DNA of 44,219 nt from Piedraia hortae CBS 480.64 (Eukaryota). The notes beneath the pieces were generated by a model that saw only the letters and a program-made list of their open reading frames with translations, was not told the DNA's origin and ran no database searches. The stretch covers positions 56,732 to 100,950 of the forward strand of contig MU006012.1 in NCBI GenBank assembly GCA_010093745.1, written 5' to 3'. The position numbers were made by a program, and so were the translations under genes. Below are positions 8,334 through 20,065 of the stretch, in pieces (within the stretch, counting starts at the first letter, position 1; the number at the start of each line of letters is the position of its first letter).

Positions 8334-10625
8334 ATGAAATTCTCCCACAGCATCCAGTTCAATGCCGTGCCGGACTGGGCCTCACACTACATCTCCTATT
8401 CCAACCTCAAGAAACTCATCTACCAGCTTGAAAAGCAGATTAACCAGGGCAGTGGTCAGCAGGTAGATGACCCCGAAAACGCCCCGTTGCTTTCATCCGT
8501 GGACGAGCCAGACAAGATCTTCTCGCAAAAGCTAGACGAAGAATTGAATAAAATATGTAAATTCTTCAAACGAAAGGAGGCGGAAGTTTACGACGAAGTC
8601 GACGCCTTGCTTGGCGACGTTGTCGGTTACGAGGCGGAACAGGCATCACATCCCAGCGAAGTGCGGGTAAGACGACAGAGTATCTTCCAAGCCTTTCGAC
8701 GTGGGAGTACTGGGGATGGAAGCGATAACGATTCCGACGAGGAGGGCGGAGCGGCTGCGAAAACCTCGATTGCAGACCTTGGTGTCTGGAGCGAAAGCAT
8801 CACCCTGAAGAAGAGGATCGTGAACCTCTACGTTGATATCTCAGATCTAAAGTCTTTTGTCTCGCTGAACCAGACGGGGTTTGGGAAGGTGTTGAAGAAG
8901 TACGACAAGACGCTCAATCGCCATCTAAAACCGGTGTATATGCGAGAAAAGGTTGCTCCTGCGTATCCTTTTACCGCAGAGATCATGGAGCGAGCAAAGG
9001 GTTATCTTGCCAGGATCGAAGATGCCTATGCACGTATTGCGACGCAGGGTGATGTTGAACTCGCCCGCCGAGAGCTGAGGCTTCATCTGCGCGAGCATGT
9101 CGTCTGGGAACGGAACACGGTCTGGAGGGAGATGATCAGCGTCGAAAGAAGAGGTCAGGCTGCCAATCTCGGGTTAAAGAATACGATAGTCGCAGGTGAT
9201 GAGAAGAAAGCGACGCCGTCGTTTTTGCGGAGCGGCAGCTTCTGGGTCTTGATGTCCTGCTTGGCCGTTTTTGCGGTGCTGCTAGGAGTCCGCTTTATGG
9301 ACCAAGCAGAGCAACAAAACTGCCTTGCAATGGTGGTATTCGTGTCTTTACTATGGGCTACAGAGGCGATCCCTCTTTTCGTGACTTCGATGCTCGTCCC
9401 CCTTCTCGTGGTTTTACTGCGGGTTGTGCGGGTAGATGACGAACGACTGGACAGCAAAGCAACGGCGTCGTTTATATTTGGTGCCATGTGGACGCCTGTA
9501 ATGATGCTTCTGCTGGGAGGCTTCACCATTGCTGCCGCACTCAGCAAGTACAATATCGCCAAGATGCTGGCCACATTCGTCCTATCCAAAGCCGGCACTC
9601 GACCTGCAGCTGTGCTACTTACAAGCATGGGCGTGGCGCTATTTGCCAGTATGTGGATTAGCAATGTTGCGGCACCTGTGCTCTGTTTCTCCCTCATTCA
9701 GCCTCTTCTGCGGAATCTGCCTCCGGAAAGTGACATGGCGAAGGCCCTCCTGATGGGTATCGCTCTGGCTTCCAACATTGGAGGCGCCGCATCCCCCATC
9801 GCTTCACCTCAAAACTTAATCGCACTGGAGAACATGGATCCGCAACCCGGCTGGGGTATCTGGTTCTTCATCGCCCTACCGGTATGTCTCCTCAGCATCC
9901 TCATAGTCTGGCTCCTCCTCCTCGTCACCTTCCGCCCCAGCCGCGGAGGCACAAGCCTCGTCGCCATTCGACCCATGCGCGACCCCTTTACACCCCTCCA
10001 ATGGTTTATCTCCGCCGTCACAATCCTGACAATCATCCTCTGGTGCCTAACCCACCGCCTCGAAGGCATCTTTGGCGACATGGGCGTCATAGCCATCGTT
10101 CCCATCGGAATCTTCTTCGGCAGCGGGATCCTCACCAAAGAAGATTTCAACAACTTCCTCTGGACAATCATCATGCTCGCCGGTGGTGGTCTCGCACTAG
10201 GCAAAGCCGTCGCCTCATCCGGACTCCTCACAGCCCTCGCATCAACACTTATAAAGCACACCTCTAACCTCCCTCTCTACGCAACCGTCTCCCTCTTCGC
10301 AGCCATAACCCTCATAACCGCAACTTTCATCTCCCACACCGTTTCCGCCCTAATCCTCCTTCCCCTGGTCCGCGAAATCGGAGCGGGGATGAATACCCCT
10401 CACCCGAATTTATTGGTCATGACATGCGCGATTATATCAAGCGCCGCGATGGGGCTTCCGACGAGTGGGTTCCCGAATATGTGTGCTGTTATGATGGAGG
10501 ACGGGCAGGGGAGGAGATACCTCTCCGTGAGACATTTTTTGACGAGGGGGGTACCTGCTTCGCTGGGTGTGTATGCGGTCACGCTGTCGGTGGGTTACGG
10601 GGTTATGCTTGTTGTGGGGTTTTGA
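8334..10625 (+). CDS. PHO91: SPX-domain low-affinity phosphate transporter (Pho91/Pho87/Pho90 family)
   Basis: MKFSHSIQFNAVPDWASHYISYSNLKK (SPX), LNQTGFGKVLKKYDK, LREHVVWERNTVWREM, SMWISNVAAP, TSGFPN. Upstream in-frame ATGs at 8283 and 8295 are possible starts. Confidence 0.93.
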   Translation: MKFSHSIQFNAVPDWASHYISYSNLKKLIYQLEKQINQGSGQQVDDPENAPLLSSVDEPDKIFSQKLDEELNKICKFFKRKEAEVYDEVDALLGDVVGYEAEQASHPSEVRVRRQSIFQAFRRGSTGDGSDNDSDEEGGAAAKTSIADLGVWSESITLKKRIVNLYVDISDLKSFVSLNQTGFGKVLKKYDKTLNRHLKPVYMREKVAPAYPFTAEIMERAKGYLARIEDAYARIATQGDVELARRELRLHLREHVVWERNTVWREMISVERRGQAANLGLKNTIVAGDEKKATPSFLRSGSFWVLMSCLAVFAVLLGVRFMDQAEQQNCLAMVVFVSLLWATEAIPLFVTSMLVPLLVVLLRVVRVDDERLDSKATASFIFGAMWTPVMMLLLGGFTIAAALSKYNIAKMLATFVLSKAGTRPAAVLLTSMGVALFASMWISNVAAPVLCFSLIQPLLRNLPPESDMAKALLMGIALASNIGGAASPIASPQNLIALENMDPQPGWGIWFFIALPVCLLSILIVWLLLLVTFRPSRGGTSLVAIRPMRDPFTPLQWFISAVTILTIILWCLTHRLEGIFGDMGVIAIVPIGIFFGSGILTKEDFNNFLWTIIMLAGGGLALGKAVASSGLLTALASTLIKHTSNLPLYATVSLFAAITLITATFISHTVSALILLPLVREIGAGMNTPHPNLLVMTCAIISSAAMGLPTSGFPNMCAVMMEDGQGRRYLSVRHFLTRGVPASLGVYAVTLSVGYGVMLVVGF

Positions 10626-13238
10626 GGGGTATGTATGTTATGGTAGAGGTAATGTGAGCTTGATCGTGGGTTTCAATGTGTCTGGCTGGCTCTGCCCTGG
10701 ACAGCTCCGATCCGTTGCGAGGTCGACTATCAGGACTGATTATGGAGGGGGGAGGTGTCCCGGCGCTCCGCTGCGCGTATGCAATCGCTTTCGGTGGGAT
10801 ACTTAATGTTCACATCTCTTGTGTCAATGATGCCACGCATCCCCTGTTCTTACCCAGGCAGTTCCCGGAACTGGAATTACTCTTCTGGGGAAAATGTGAC
10901 CGAAAGGGAAAGGAAGACATTTTCATCAAACTTTTGATGGAAGGGATATGTCACGAGAGCGGTGTCGTGATGGGTATGCACAGAGATCCCCTTCGCTTAT
11001 GATCAACGCCATAGAATGAAGGTCATTGTAATCGTTCAACTGTCGTGGACACTGTAAAACTGCAGGAGTTAGCATCATGGCAGGAATCCCGAGAGGTAGA
11101 CTCTCGCGAGGAGTGATTGGTTGATTGAGACGTTCATGAGAAGTCAAAATAACACTCCGTGCGTTGGCATGCAAGGATCTCTATAGGAAGATTTTCCGTT
11201 GGGAGATTGATAGTGGCTTCCTGCTCGCCTGTTTTATCACGTCGGGTTAGAGGTTGGTTCGCGTGTTGGATGGGTATATGGAGGATTGGGATTGTGAAAA
11301 ATTATGGGTGAGAGTCGATGAGGTTTCAAGGGGAGAGTTGCTCCCAAAGGTCTGGGTCATCTTTTCGGAGAGTTGAATTGGTGAGAACATCTCTTGTTGG
11401 AGCTGAAATTTGGACCGAAATGTGACTGCAGAATGAATTTGAGATGTCTACTGAGTCTTTGGCAAGCTTTGGGGTTGTTTTACTCTTTTGAAGGCGGGTT
11501 GTTCAGATTAGGGGTATTCAGCTTCTCCATCCTTCGGATTCCCGACGAGTTAGCGGGGGGCAATTCGGTGGGCACAGTGTGTAATCATGCAATTTGGTGG
11601 GTAAAGTGTGTACAATTATTTAGGTTCGTATGAGGCTTCGTGGACCAGTAATGGCTACTTATCCTCGGCTGGATGGAAGAGGAGATTTGAATTGGAAAAG
11701 GATAGGTTAGGATGGCAGATGTTCTTTGGCAGAAGATAATGGAGGATCATTGAAAAAGGACAGGGCATGTGAATTTGGGAATCGCTAGTCAGGACGGTTG
11801 CACTGTCTACTGGTCTCTGGAATTCAGTACATCATGGTGGAGCTTATGATACTTACGTGGGAGGACCTCGATTATCGGAATTAGGTACGTACAGACCAAC
11901 GTAGATGGTTCTAAGCATCTAAGGCTCAATATTCTAAAGATACCATGTATGGAAGACATGATTTCGCGTGGGAGATAGATATCCTTGGCAATACGTTTTC
12001 TGTGGAAGAGTCTGATGTCTTCGCCCAAGACCGTGCAAGCGGCAGAAAACTAGAACCATAGGTCGAGAGTATTTGTCAAAGGCTATAGCGTCTGCGGTCT
12101 GTGTGGATGGCACTAGCCCGCAAGATCACTGTTCCTCGCAGAAGAACTTTTCCCTAGAGAAGATAAATGAAGCCACCAGTTCACAAGGGGCCGGCCCAGT
12201 AGGCACTTATTTGCTCGTGTATGCTTCCTCCCATACATGTGTAGGAAACATCACTCTGTAACCTTATACATCTCTCACATATCCGTTGCAGGGTAAGAAA
12301 CGATAGGTTTAGATCTATGGGAGTCCATTTAGTGTTCTTGCCTTGGCACACTCAACATAAATCCAGCCATTTCAGGGTATATGTGCCTACTACATCAGTG
12401 GAGGGGTCATCTGGTCCTCTAGGGCCTCACTAGGTCGACGTTCCAAATTATCATCGTGAAGCAGCTTGAGGTATTAAATTTCAACTTCCATAACCTAGTG
12501 CATTAACTGGCCTCGGTGTATTTCTGCATCGTATTCTTGTATTAATATTGGCCGCGTTTCCAGCAGAATGATTTATATCATCGCCCACCTGAATTCTTAC
12601 CGAAACATTTTTTTACAGGCATTTTGAACAGGCCGTGAACCATTTTCTCCTCATCAACATCATCACCCACTTGTTCATACTCATTTCTTCAGACATCATC
12701 ACCACACTGAGCCCATCCAGAGAAGCAGATCATATTCAGATCTGCGATTTTATTAGCCCTGGTACAACCGGTCAGCATCCATCCCACAATAGAAATTTTA
12801 TAAAAGGCAATTTCATTCAACCCATGACCCCACTGATGCTCATGTAGAGGACGCAGTCCTCCCCATGTGCCATAAAGATCAGACTCTGGAGTATCCTCCC
12901 GGTAACAGACAAAAATTAACCATCCTCGACTTGGAACACGGAAAGAGGATCTAATGCAGAACGCGACCAATTGAAAACACTGTGCAATTGCCAGAGTACA
13001 ATGTCATAAATCGAGAAAAATAAAACATCATTGTCATGTGCAGGAACCACAGAGATGGTTATAGTTCTGAGACATCATCAAACCGCAACCCACGACGTAG
13101 TGTACACTTTCCATCTGCACCTCCCAACAACACCGTTAGTGAACCTACTTCCATTCCAAGACATTTTTTTCTTCTCAGCGGTATGATTCACGCACACCAT
13201 GTGTATTGATACTTCTTCAGGCGTCATATATGTCAGAA

Positions 13239-13334
13239 GCCCTTATAGCTCAGTTGGTAGAGCGCGGCACTAGTAAGGTTTAGTGTAGTGCTCCAGCAAT
13301 GCCGAGGTCTACGGTTCGACTCCGTATGGGGGCA
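13239..13334 (+). tRNA. tRNA-Thr(AGT) with a 23-nt intron (13276-13298)
   Basis: Acceptor GCCCTTA/TGGGGGC, D arm GCTCAGTTGGTAGAGC, anticodon stem CGGCA/TGCCG with AGT at 13272-13274, T loop GGTTCGACTCC. Intron TAGTGC pairs with GCACTA; a T-run terminator follows. Confidence 0.95.
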
Positions 13335-13479
13335 GACGTCTTCTCTTTTTTTGCTCATTCTCTTCAACCTCACCTACATTACTTCCCTTAGTCATGTAAA
13401 AGGGCGAAGGGGGATTATCCCGTCAAGGCAGACTGCTTCCAGCTTACGATTCAGTATACATCTCTACAGCATTATGTCA

Positions 13480-14538
13480 TTACAAACTCGTCAACCCAGC
13501 AACGAGAGCAAGCAAAGCCAAATGCTCATCACTACCGTCGACGAGCATCTTATCCGTTTCAGAGAACAAAGCAAGGGCAGGGGCGGACATTTTTCCTTCC
13601 AAGATCAAGCGGTCGTACAACTGCGCGATTACCTGACCGGCTGGCCATCCCTCGCAGATGATATCCTCGACAAGGGCTGAGATGCGTTTGAATTGGACGT
13701 TTTTGGTTAAAAGGCTGATGATTGTTTCGATTGTGTCTCCTGGTACGACACCGGCGATTTCTTCGATTGTGGAAGAGGTTATTTTCCCTCCTGAGCGGGA
13801 GGCGCTTTGGAGGAAGGTGATTGCTTTGCGGAGATCGCCGTCGGAGCAGCGAAGGAGGGTTTGTATTGCGTCGGAATCGATGGAAAGGTTTTCGAGTTTG
13901 GATATCTCCTGGAGACGGGCACCGGCGTGGGATGAGTTGAGGAGCTTGAAGCGGAATTTGGAACAGCGGCTGGCGAGGGGGTCAATGATGCGCGTGGCGT
14001 AGTTGCAAATCAGACAGAAGCGTGTCGTACGGCTATATGTCTCCATTGTTCGTCGCAGAGCCGACTGTGCGTCCTGGGTCATACTGTCGGCCTCATCCAG
14101 GATGATCAGCTTGTAGGGCGGCACCGGGTAGTCCTTGGACACCAAGCCGTCCGCGTTGGACAGCCGCATGCGTGCAAAGTCCTTTACTTTTTCCCGCACG
14201 ATTGAAATGCCGCGCTCGTCTGATGCGTTCAGCTCCAGAACGCGTGATCGCATTAGCGTCTGGCCAAAGAGTTGTCGCGCGAGCGCCAGGATCGTCGACG
14301 TTTTGCCTGTCCCCGGCGGACCGTAGAACAGCATGTGTGGCAGGTTGGCGCTCTGCAACGTGCGTCGGAGGACTGTAACCGTGTGCTCTTGTGCTGCGAC
14401 TTCTTCCAGCGATCGTGGCCGGTATTTTTCCACCCATGGCTGCAGTCCTGCGTCTGTTGGAGCTACCGCTTTAGACGAGCTTGCAGCTGCCACCGCCGCC
14501 TCTGCCTTTCGTGCCCGTATATCGAAAAAGTTTGCCAT
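13480..14538 (-). CDS. RFC2: Replication factor C small subunit (yeast Rfc2 / human RFC4)
   Basis: [70 protein letters not shown] motifs. Confidence 0.96.
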   Translation of the reverse strand: MANFFDIRARKAEAAVAAASSSKAVAPTDAGLQPWVEKYRPRSLEEVAAQEHTVTVLRRTLQSANLPHMLFYGPPGTGKTSTILALARQLFGQTLMRSRVLELNASDERGISIVREKVKDFARMRLSNADGLVSKDYPVPPYKLIILDEADSMTQDAQSALRRTMETYSRTTRFCLICNYATRIIDPLASRCSKFRFKLLNSSHAGARLQEISKLENLSIDSDAIQTLLRCSDGDLRKAITFLQSASRSGGKITSSTIEEIAGVVPGDTIETIISLLTKNVQFKRISALVEDIICEGWPAGQVIAQLYDRLILEGKMSAPALALFSETDKMLVDGSDEHLALLALVAGLTSL

Positions 14539-14546
14539 TGTGTCTT

Positions 14547-14563
14547 GCGCGACGCGCGACGCG
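14547..14563. promoter_or_regulatory. Cluster of CGCG/ACGCG (MCB-like) boxes just upstream of RFC2
   Basis: GCGCGACGCGCGACGCG immediately 5' of the RFC2 ATG. MBF/MCB control of replication genes is established in ascomycetes. Confidence 0.55.
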
Positions 14564-14699
14564 ATCAGTAATGGTTTGTAGTGTTAGGCTTACGACTGCC
14601 TAATGGGGAAGGTGCAGTTTTGACAACACCACCGATGTTCCCAGATGTAAAAACTCAGTGTACGCTGAAAATGATACTTTCATTTGCTAAACATTACAA

Positions 14700-15947
14700 C
14701 TACTGTGGCCTGTTCGCTTCAAGCTCCGCTGGCGTAACTTCGCTTCTCCTTCTTATCCTCAGACGGAATCGTCTCCATCGGCTTTCTCCCGTGGATTCCT
14801 CCTGTCTGGTCGTTGTCTGCTCTTCCCCAGGATTACCGAAAGGAAGTGCGTGACTCATTAACAGTCTCTGTCGGAAAAAGTTGCCGGAGCGTGCTGCCCA
14901 CGGGGTGTTTCGAGAGATATTCTGTATCCTTCTGGTAGACTGTGCATCATCGCCATCTGCACGCGGCGTGGGAGTGTGATAGTCCGCCTTGCACAGTGGA
15001 CAGCACGCCCGACGACCGGTGAGCCATGGATCGACGCAGGCTCCGTGAAATGCATGGCCACATGTTAATCCTCGCACATCGTCATCGTCCTCAAGGGTAT
15101 CGAGGCAGATAGCGCAAGCATCGCCTGGGGAATCGAGTAGTTGTTGTGGGGCTTCTCCCACAATGTCGTCGTCGTCGTCGCCTTCTTCCTCCCCCTCTCT
15201 GTGGTGAATTTCGGAGTCAGCCGGTATTTGTGCAGGCTTTTCGTGTGTTATGCTTTCGGAGCGTCTTTGACTGGTAGCAGCGTTGGTGTTTGCAAGGTCG
15301 CCGTCGTCCAGTGGGATAGATTCATACTTCTCAGCACCTGCCACAACGCTCTGCTCAGCCCCGGCCGCTGATGGTCGTGCCGCATCTGTGATGTCGCGTT
15401 CCTCGGTCGACCTTTGTTCAGCACTAGCGAGTTCCATGGCCGAGTCTTTTGGTTGCCTTCCCATCTCGGTACCATCATGTGAAGGGACGGCCATTAAACC
15501 ATCGCTTTGAGACGCCTCTGCATTGACGCCACCATGAGCCGGCAGCCCTTGGGCTTCTCTGGTGGCACGCCAGGTCTTTAGTTTGGTTAAGGGAAAGCGT
15601 CGGTTGACCTCGTCCATTGTCATGAGTTTCTTCTCCCGCCGCCGTCTGCGAGGGCGCTGCATGGACCCGAGATCGATCGGTTCCCCATTCTGATCCAATA
15701 TGCGCGCCTGACGATTGCGCTGATTGAAGCGGAAACAGTACTTTACCCCCACAATGATCCTACAGCTGTCAGAGCGTGTCCTGTCGCACGTCAGTCAAAC
15801 TTACCAAAGGTTGGTGAAGACGACGCCAAACCCGAGCGCGACAAAGAACAGCAGCGGAGAACTTGTCGGTCCGCTGCCGTTCCGGCCAGGTGCATGGTCG
15901 GTCGCCGTGGGAGTAGCAGCTAACGTTGTTGTTGTTGTTGTTGCCAT
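14700..15947 (-). CDS. Single-pass membrane RING-H2 ubiquitin ligase; exons 15947-15805 and 15759-14700
   Basis: Spliced SSPLLFFVALGFGVVFTNLW|IIVGVKYCFR transmembrane segment; RING-H2 CAICLDTLEDDDDVRGLTCGHAFHGACVDPWLTGRRACCPLCK. Confidence 0.9.
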
Positions 15948-16407
15948 TGCGAGTGACAGGTCCCCACAGGCTGTAAATAGCCCCAAGGTGCGGGGGGGCT
16001 TGACGTACACCTGTGGCGGTGGCCACGTCAAGCTTATCGCACAGTCAGTCAGACGAAACTTTTCTGATTACGGCAGCAATGGAAAGAGTAAAACGACGGC
16101 GCACATGAAACAGGCTGAGCGGGAGCCCGAGCGCAGGCGCGGGCGGTGAGGGGCAACGTCCACCGCCCTTCAAATGTCATCAGCCCGTCTGGGCATTGCG
16201 GGGTCTGACTTCCGAGCGGCGCTAACGGAAATCTTTTGGCGCTAGCCCTATACTGGCCCATGTTGGGCTGGTTGTGTGACCATCATCCCTGGTTCCGATG
16301 ATCCAATCGCTGAACGAGGCAACCACACTTAGTTCGGGTATGCGACGCACGCCTTATATACATGACAAACTCCTTCGCTCTTGCCAAACTCCGTCGCTTT
16401 TCCATCG

Positions 16408-17242
16408 TTAATCGCAAAACCGCTTGCTAAACTCGTCAAATATCTTAGGTGTAATGTCGTCCGAGCAATTTCCCTGTACCTTCCAGAGGACTCCCAGTCT
16501 GTCGTAATACTCCAGTAGAGGCGTAACATTTTCCTCGAAGCTGTGCAATCGCGCTTTCCAAACCTCGGGCCGATCGTCGTCTCGCTGTGTCAAGGGCTCT
16601 CCGGTTATGTCATCACGACCGGGCACCTGCGGTGCGTTGAAGGTAGTATTATATACCCGTCCAGAAGGAGCATGGATCCAACGATTGCAAATACGGTCAA
16701 TGATGATATCTGGCGGTGTGTGAATATGAAAAACCATATTGATCGGCAACATCTCGGCGAGTTTCTTTGCTTGACAGACGGTACGCGGGAAGCCATCCAG
16801 GATAAAAGATGCTTCGGGTGCCTCAGAATACGTGTGCTCAGTGTCATCCGTAGGCGGCATAGTAAATAGATCAGCTGCAACGGTATCAAAGCCCACTGCA
16901 GCAGAGTTCAATGTAAACGGGCGGGGCTCTTCTGTAGGGACCAGCCAGCCACGAGTAGTAAGCGCATTGCGAATAAGTCGCAGAATCACGGTATCAGGCA
17001 CTAGTCCGCCAGTGGACATGATGCGCTCTGCCTGGATTCCTAACCAACCATCAGAGGCAACGAGGCGCATGGTCAAAAGACTTACCCAGCGGAGTTCGCA
17101 GCCGTACGTTCTCCCGCAATAAATCTCCCGAACTTATTGAAGATAGCTGTGGGTATTTTCTGAGCATTCTCTCCGTCTGGGTCCCCTTGCCGACGCCTGG
17201 AGCGCCGAACAAGCAGACACGAGCCGCTCTGCGTATAGGCAT
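16408..17242 (-). CDS. ADK2: Mitochondrial GTP:AMP phosphotransferase (AK3/Adk2); exons 17242-17086 and 17039-16408
   Basis: GAPGVGKGTQ P-loop, ISSGDLLR, FILDGFPRT, LID region RWIHAPSGRVYN...DDITGEPLTQRDDD. Confidence 0.93.
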
Positions 17243-17470
17243 GGTTGGAAGAAGCGAAAGAAACCAACGATTATTATATAAAACAGTACAGAGTCACGGA
17301 ACGAGTCAGGCCATCTCGTTCGGCCGAAAGGGAATCGGATTATCTCAACCTGAGGTTCTCTGATCGCAGGCTGGGACTTCCCCGCTTTGCCCGGTCCTGC
17401 TGATAATTACGTCATGTGACAATTAGCCCCCTTGGCAACACCAGTACTTTGGCTGCAAAATCATCTGATA

Positions 17471-19000
17471 ATGTGGGCAAATCGAACGGCGCGTCTGGCG
17501 CCTGTACTGCGCCGTGGAGGTCGCCTGCCTCCGAATAGGTTACTGGCCGTCGCGCTGCTTCTCCCGCGCCTGGTGTCGACCGAAACCTCGTCGCGCACCG
17601 CTGACCAGCCGCCTCCGGGCTTCAACCTCCGCGAAGCTCAGCGGAAACCGAACGAGAACGCGACGGAGACGGCGAATAAGGCTGAGATCAAAATTTCCAG
17701 CGATGAGCCAACCAGCCATGCGCCAACTGATGCCGTGGTTGCGCGATCGGTCAGCGAGAGGGCAGCAGAGCCGGCCATACAGGTAGTCGAGGCCAAAGAT
17801 GACAAGAAGAAAACGCTATGGCAGAAGATTAAACACGAGGCGCAGCACTACTGGGATGGCACAAAGCTGCTGGCGACCGAAGTGCGCATATCCAGCCGTC
17901 TGGCGCTCAAGATGGCGGCCGGCTATGAGTTGACCAGACGTGAGCACCGACAGCTACACCGTACAGTACAAGATCTTGGGCGGTTGGTGCCATTCTCGGT
18001 GTTTGTCATCGTCCCCTTTGCAGAATTGCTGCTGCCAGTGGCCTTGAAGCTGTTCCCCAATATGTTGCCCAGCACATACGAGGACGCTAAGAGCAAAGAG
18101 AACAAGGCCAAGCGACTGCGGAGCTCGCGCCGCGAAGTGTCCAGCTTCCTGCGCCAGACCCTGCGAGAGAGCGGACTGCCGGTCAGCGCCGCCAACGCCC
18201 AAAAAGAAGAATTCACAGAATTTTTCCGCAAAGTTCGGGCCACAGGGGAGAGCCCCAGCAAAGCGGATATCATCAAAATGTGCAAATTGTTTAAGGATGA
18301 TCTCACGCTGGATAACCTGAGCCGGCCGCAGCTGGTCGGCATCTGCCGCTATATGAACCTCAATTCATTCGGCACCGACCCAATGCTGCGCTACCAGATT
18401 AGACACCGCATGCGACAGATCAAGCGCGATGATCGCGCCATTTCCTTCGAAGGCGTTGATTCTCTGTCGGTTCCGGAGCTGCAGACCGCCTGTGCTGCAC
18501 GCGGATTGCGCACCCACGGCATGTCCCCAGGCCGGCTACGGGATGATTTACACCTGTGGTTGGACTTGCGGCTAAAGTATGGCGTGCCGTCCACCATTCT
18601 GGTGCTTTCCAATGCGTTCATGTACGCCCAGGGGAAAGAGACCGAGTTCGACTCGCTGCTTGACGCCATCCAAGCCGTCTTGAGTAGCATTCCAGAGGAG
18701 CTCTTCCACGAAATCGAGTTGGAAGTGCACACGGCCGAGGGCGCTGCAACGAACAAACAACGTCTGGAGGTGCTCAAGGAACAGCAGGAGCTCATCCAGG
18801 AAGAGTCTGAACAGGCTGAGGAGCAACAGACCCAGGGCGGACGCGTTGAAAGCGTTTCTGATCGGGAAAACATTGACGATGGGGATGAAAGCACCGCGGC
18901 GGCTGCGTCTCCTAGAGCCGAAGAAGCCGAGGCGGCCAAGAGCGAGCCTACAGCAGCCACAGGCGAAGATGAGGATGCAAAGATGAAGAACCAGTCTTGA
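17471..19000 (+). CDS. MDM38: LETM1/Mdm38 mitochondrial inner-membrane protein
   Basis: QHYWDGTKLL, ELTRREHRQL, RLVPFSVFVIVPFAELLLPVALKLFPNMLPST, LDNLSRPQL, ELQTACAARG motifs. Confidence 0.95.
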   Translation: MWANRTARLAPVLRRGGRLPPNRLLAVALLLPRLVSTETSSRTADQPPPGFNLREAQRKPNENATETANKAEIKISSDEPTSHAPTDAVVARSVSERAAEPAIQVVEAKDDKKKTLWQKIKHEAQHYWDGTKLLATEVRISSRLALKMAAGYELTRREHRQLHRTVQDLGRLVPFSVFVIVPFAELLLPVALKLFPNMLPSTYEDAKSKENKAKRLRSSRREVSSFLRQTLRESGLPVSAANAQKEEFTEFFRKVRATGESPSKADIIKMCKLFKDDLTLDNLSRPQLVGICRYMNLNSFGTDPMLRYQIRHRMRQIKRDDRAISFEGVDSLSVPELQTACAARGLRTHGMSPGRLRDDLHLWLDLRLKYGVPSTILVLSNAFMYAQGKETEFDSLLDAIQAVLSSIPEELFHEIELEVHTAEGAATNKQRLEVLKEQQELIQEESEQAEEQQTQGGRVESVSDRENIDDGDESTAAAASPRAEEAEAAKSEPTAATGEDEDAKMKNQS

Positions 19001-20065
19001 ATACCTCCTGCCTTCAAATAGACTGTACCATAGAAACTTTAAATCCAATGTGCACCAGCGGCAGTAACGTGATTGACGCGCACAAACTATACGCTAGGTA
19101 ATGTGCAAAGGGCTTTGTGATTAAGAGTGCGTTCGGTCGACTCGATTTTTCCTGTGTTTAATCTTACGGTATCACCCAATCGTTCGCTTTTCCACAGGGG
19201 AAAAAAGGCTCATCTCAAAGACGCGAACGCAGACTGGCCAGTCCCGCAAAGTAGATCGATTCAAGAAAAGTATGAATCGTCCAAACGAAACATGACCAAT
19301 GAGAGGTGGTACCATATGGTCGGCAAGGATGTCCAGTTGTCACCGGTTGACAGGCAGGCTCAATTTAGGGCTTTTGGCGGGTGGGAAGGCGGAGGAAAAG
19401 TTGGACAACACATTTGACTCGCTTTGCCTACCTTCTTCCAGTACATCTTCTATCCTTGTGTTCGCACCACTACGAAAATGTCTAGACTTTTCGTACATCT
19501 GAGTTCACTTAAAAACGTGAACCGTATCCAGTAGAATCAAATCCAGCAATCGCCTTCTGACTGTCTATCATTTTTCATGTTCGACACCAGCAGGCAAGCA
19601 ATTTTCATCGAGATCGTCAAACTTTTCACCCAGTGCTATACAAATGAAATCCGCGTCACTGGCCGCTTGACTTTGCACGTTCATTTGAGCGCACTCGCCT
19701 ATGGCTATATGGTAATGTGTGGCCCAGTACGCAAAAACGTGGGGCGATACATAGCTCAATTCCTGGAGAATTGGGTATTCAAGCCTGGTCCGCTGTGGTG
19801 TTCGTGGCTAAGACTCCGACTATGTACCCCGACAAAACAGCATACGTGAAAAACACAACGGCTGTGCCATTCTTTCGATCAAGGATGTGGTCGTGACGAT
19901 GGGCAAGAGACGGGGCGTGCCGTAGACTTGTGACTGGTTGGGATTTCGACATCCTGTGCGGGTCACTAGCGCCCACAAACATTGTCAGAATAATTTCCAT
20001 CTAGCGAAAAGCATCACATCCTCCTCAAATTTGGGATATATCTTCTTTCAACATCCAGTGACGAA

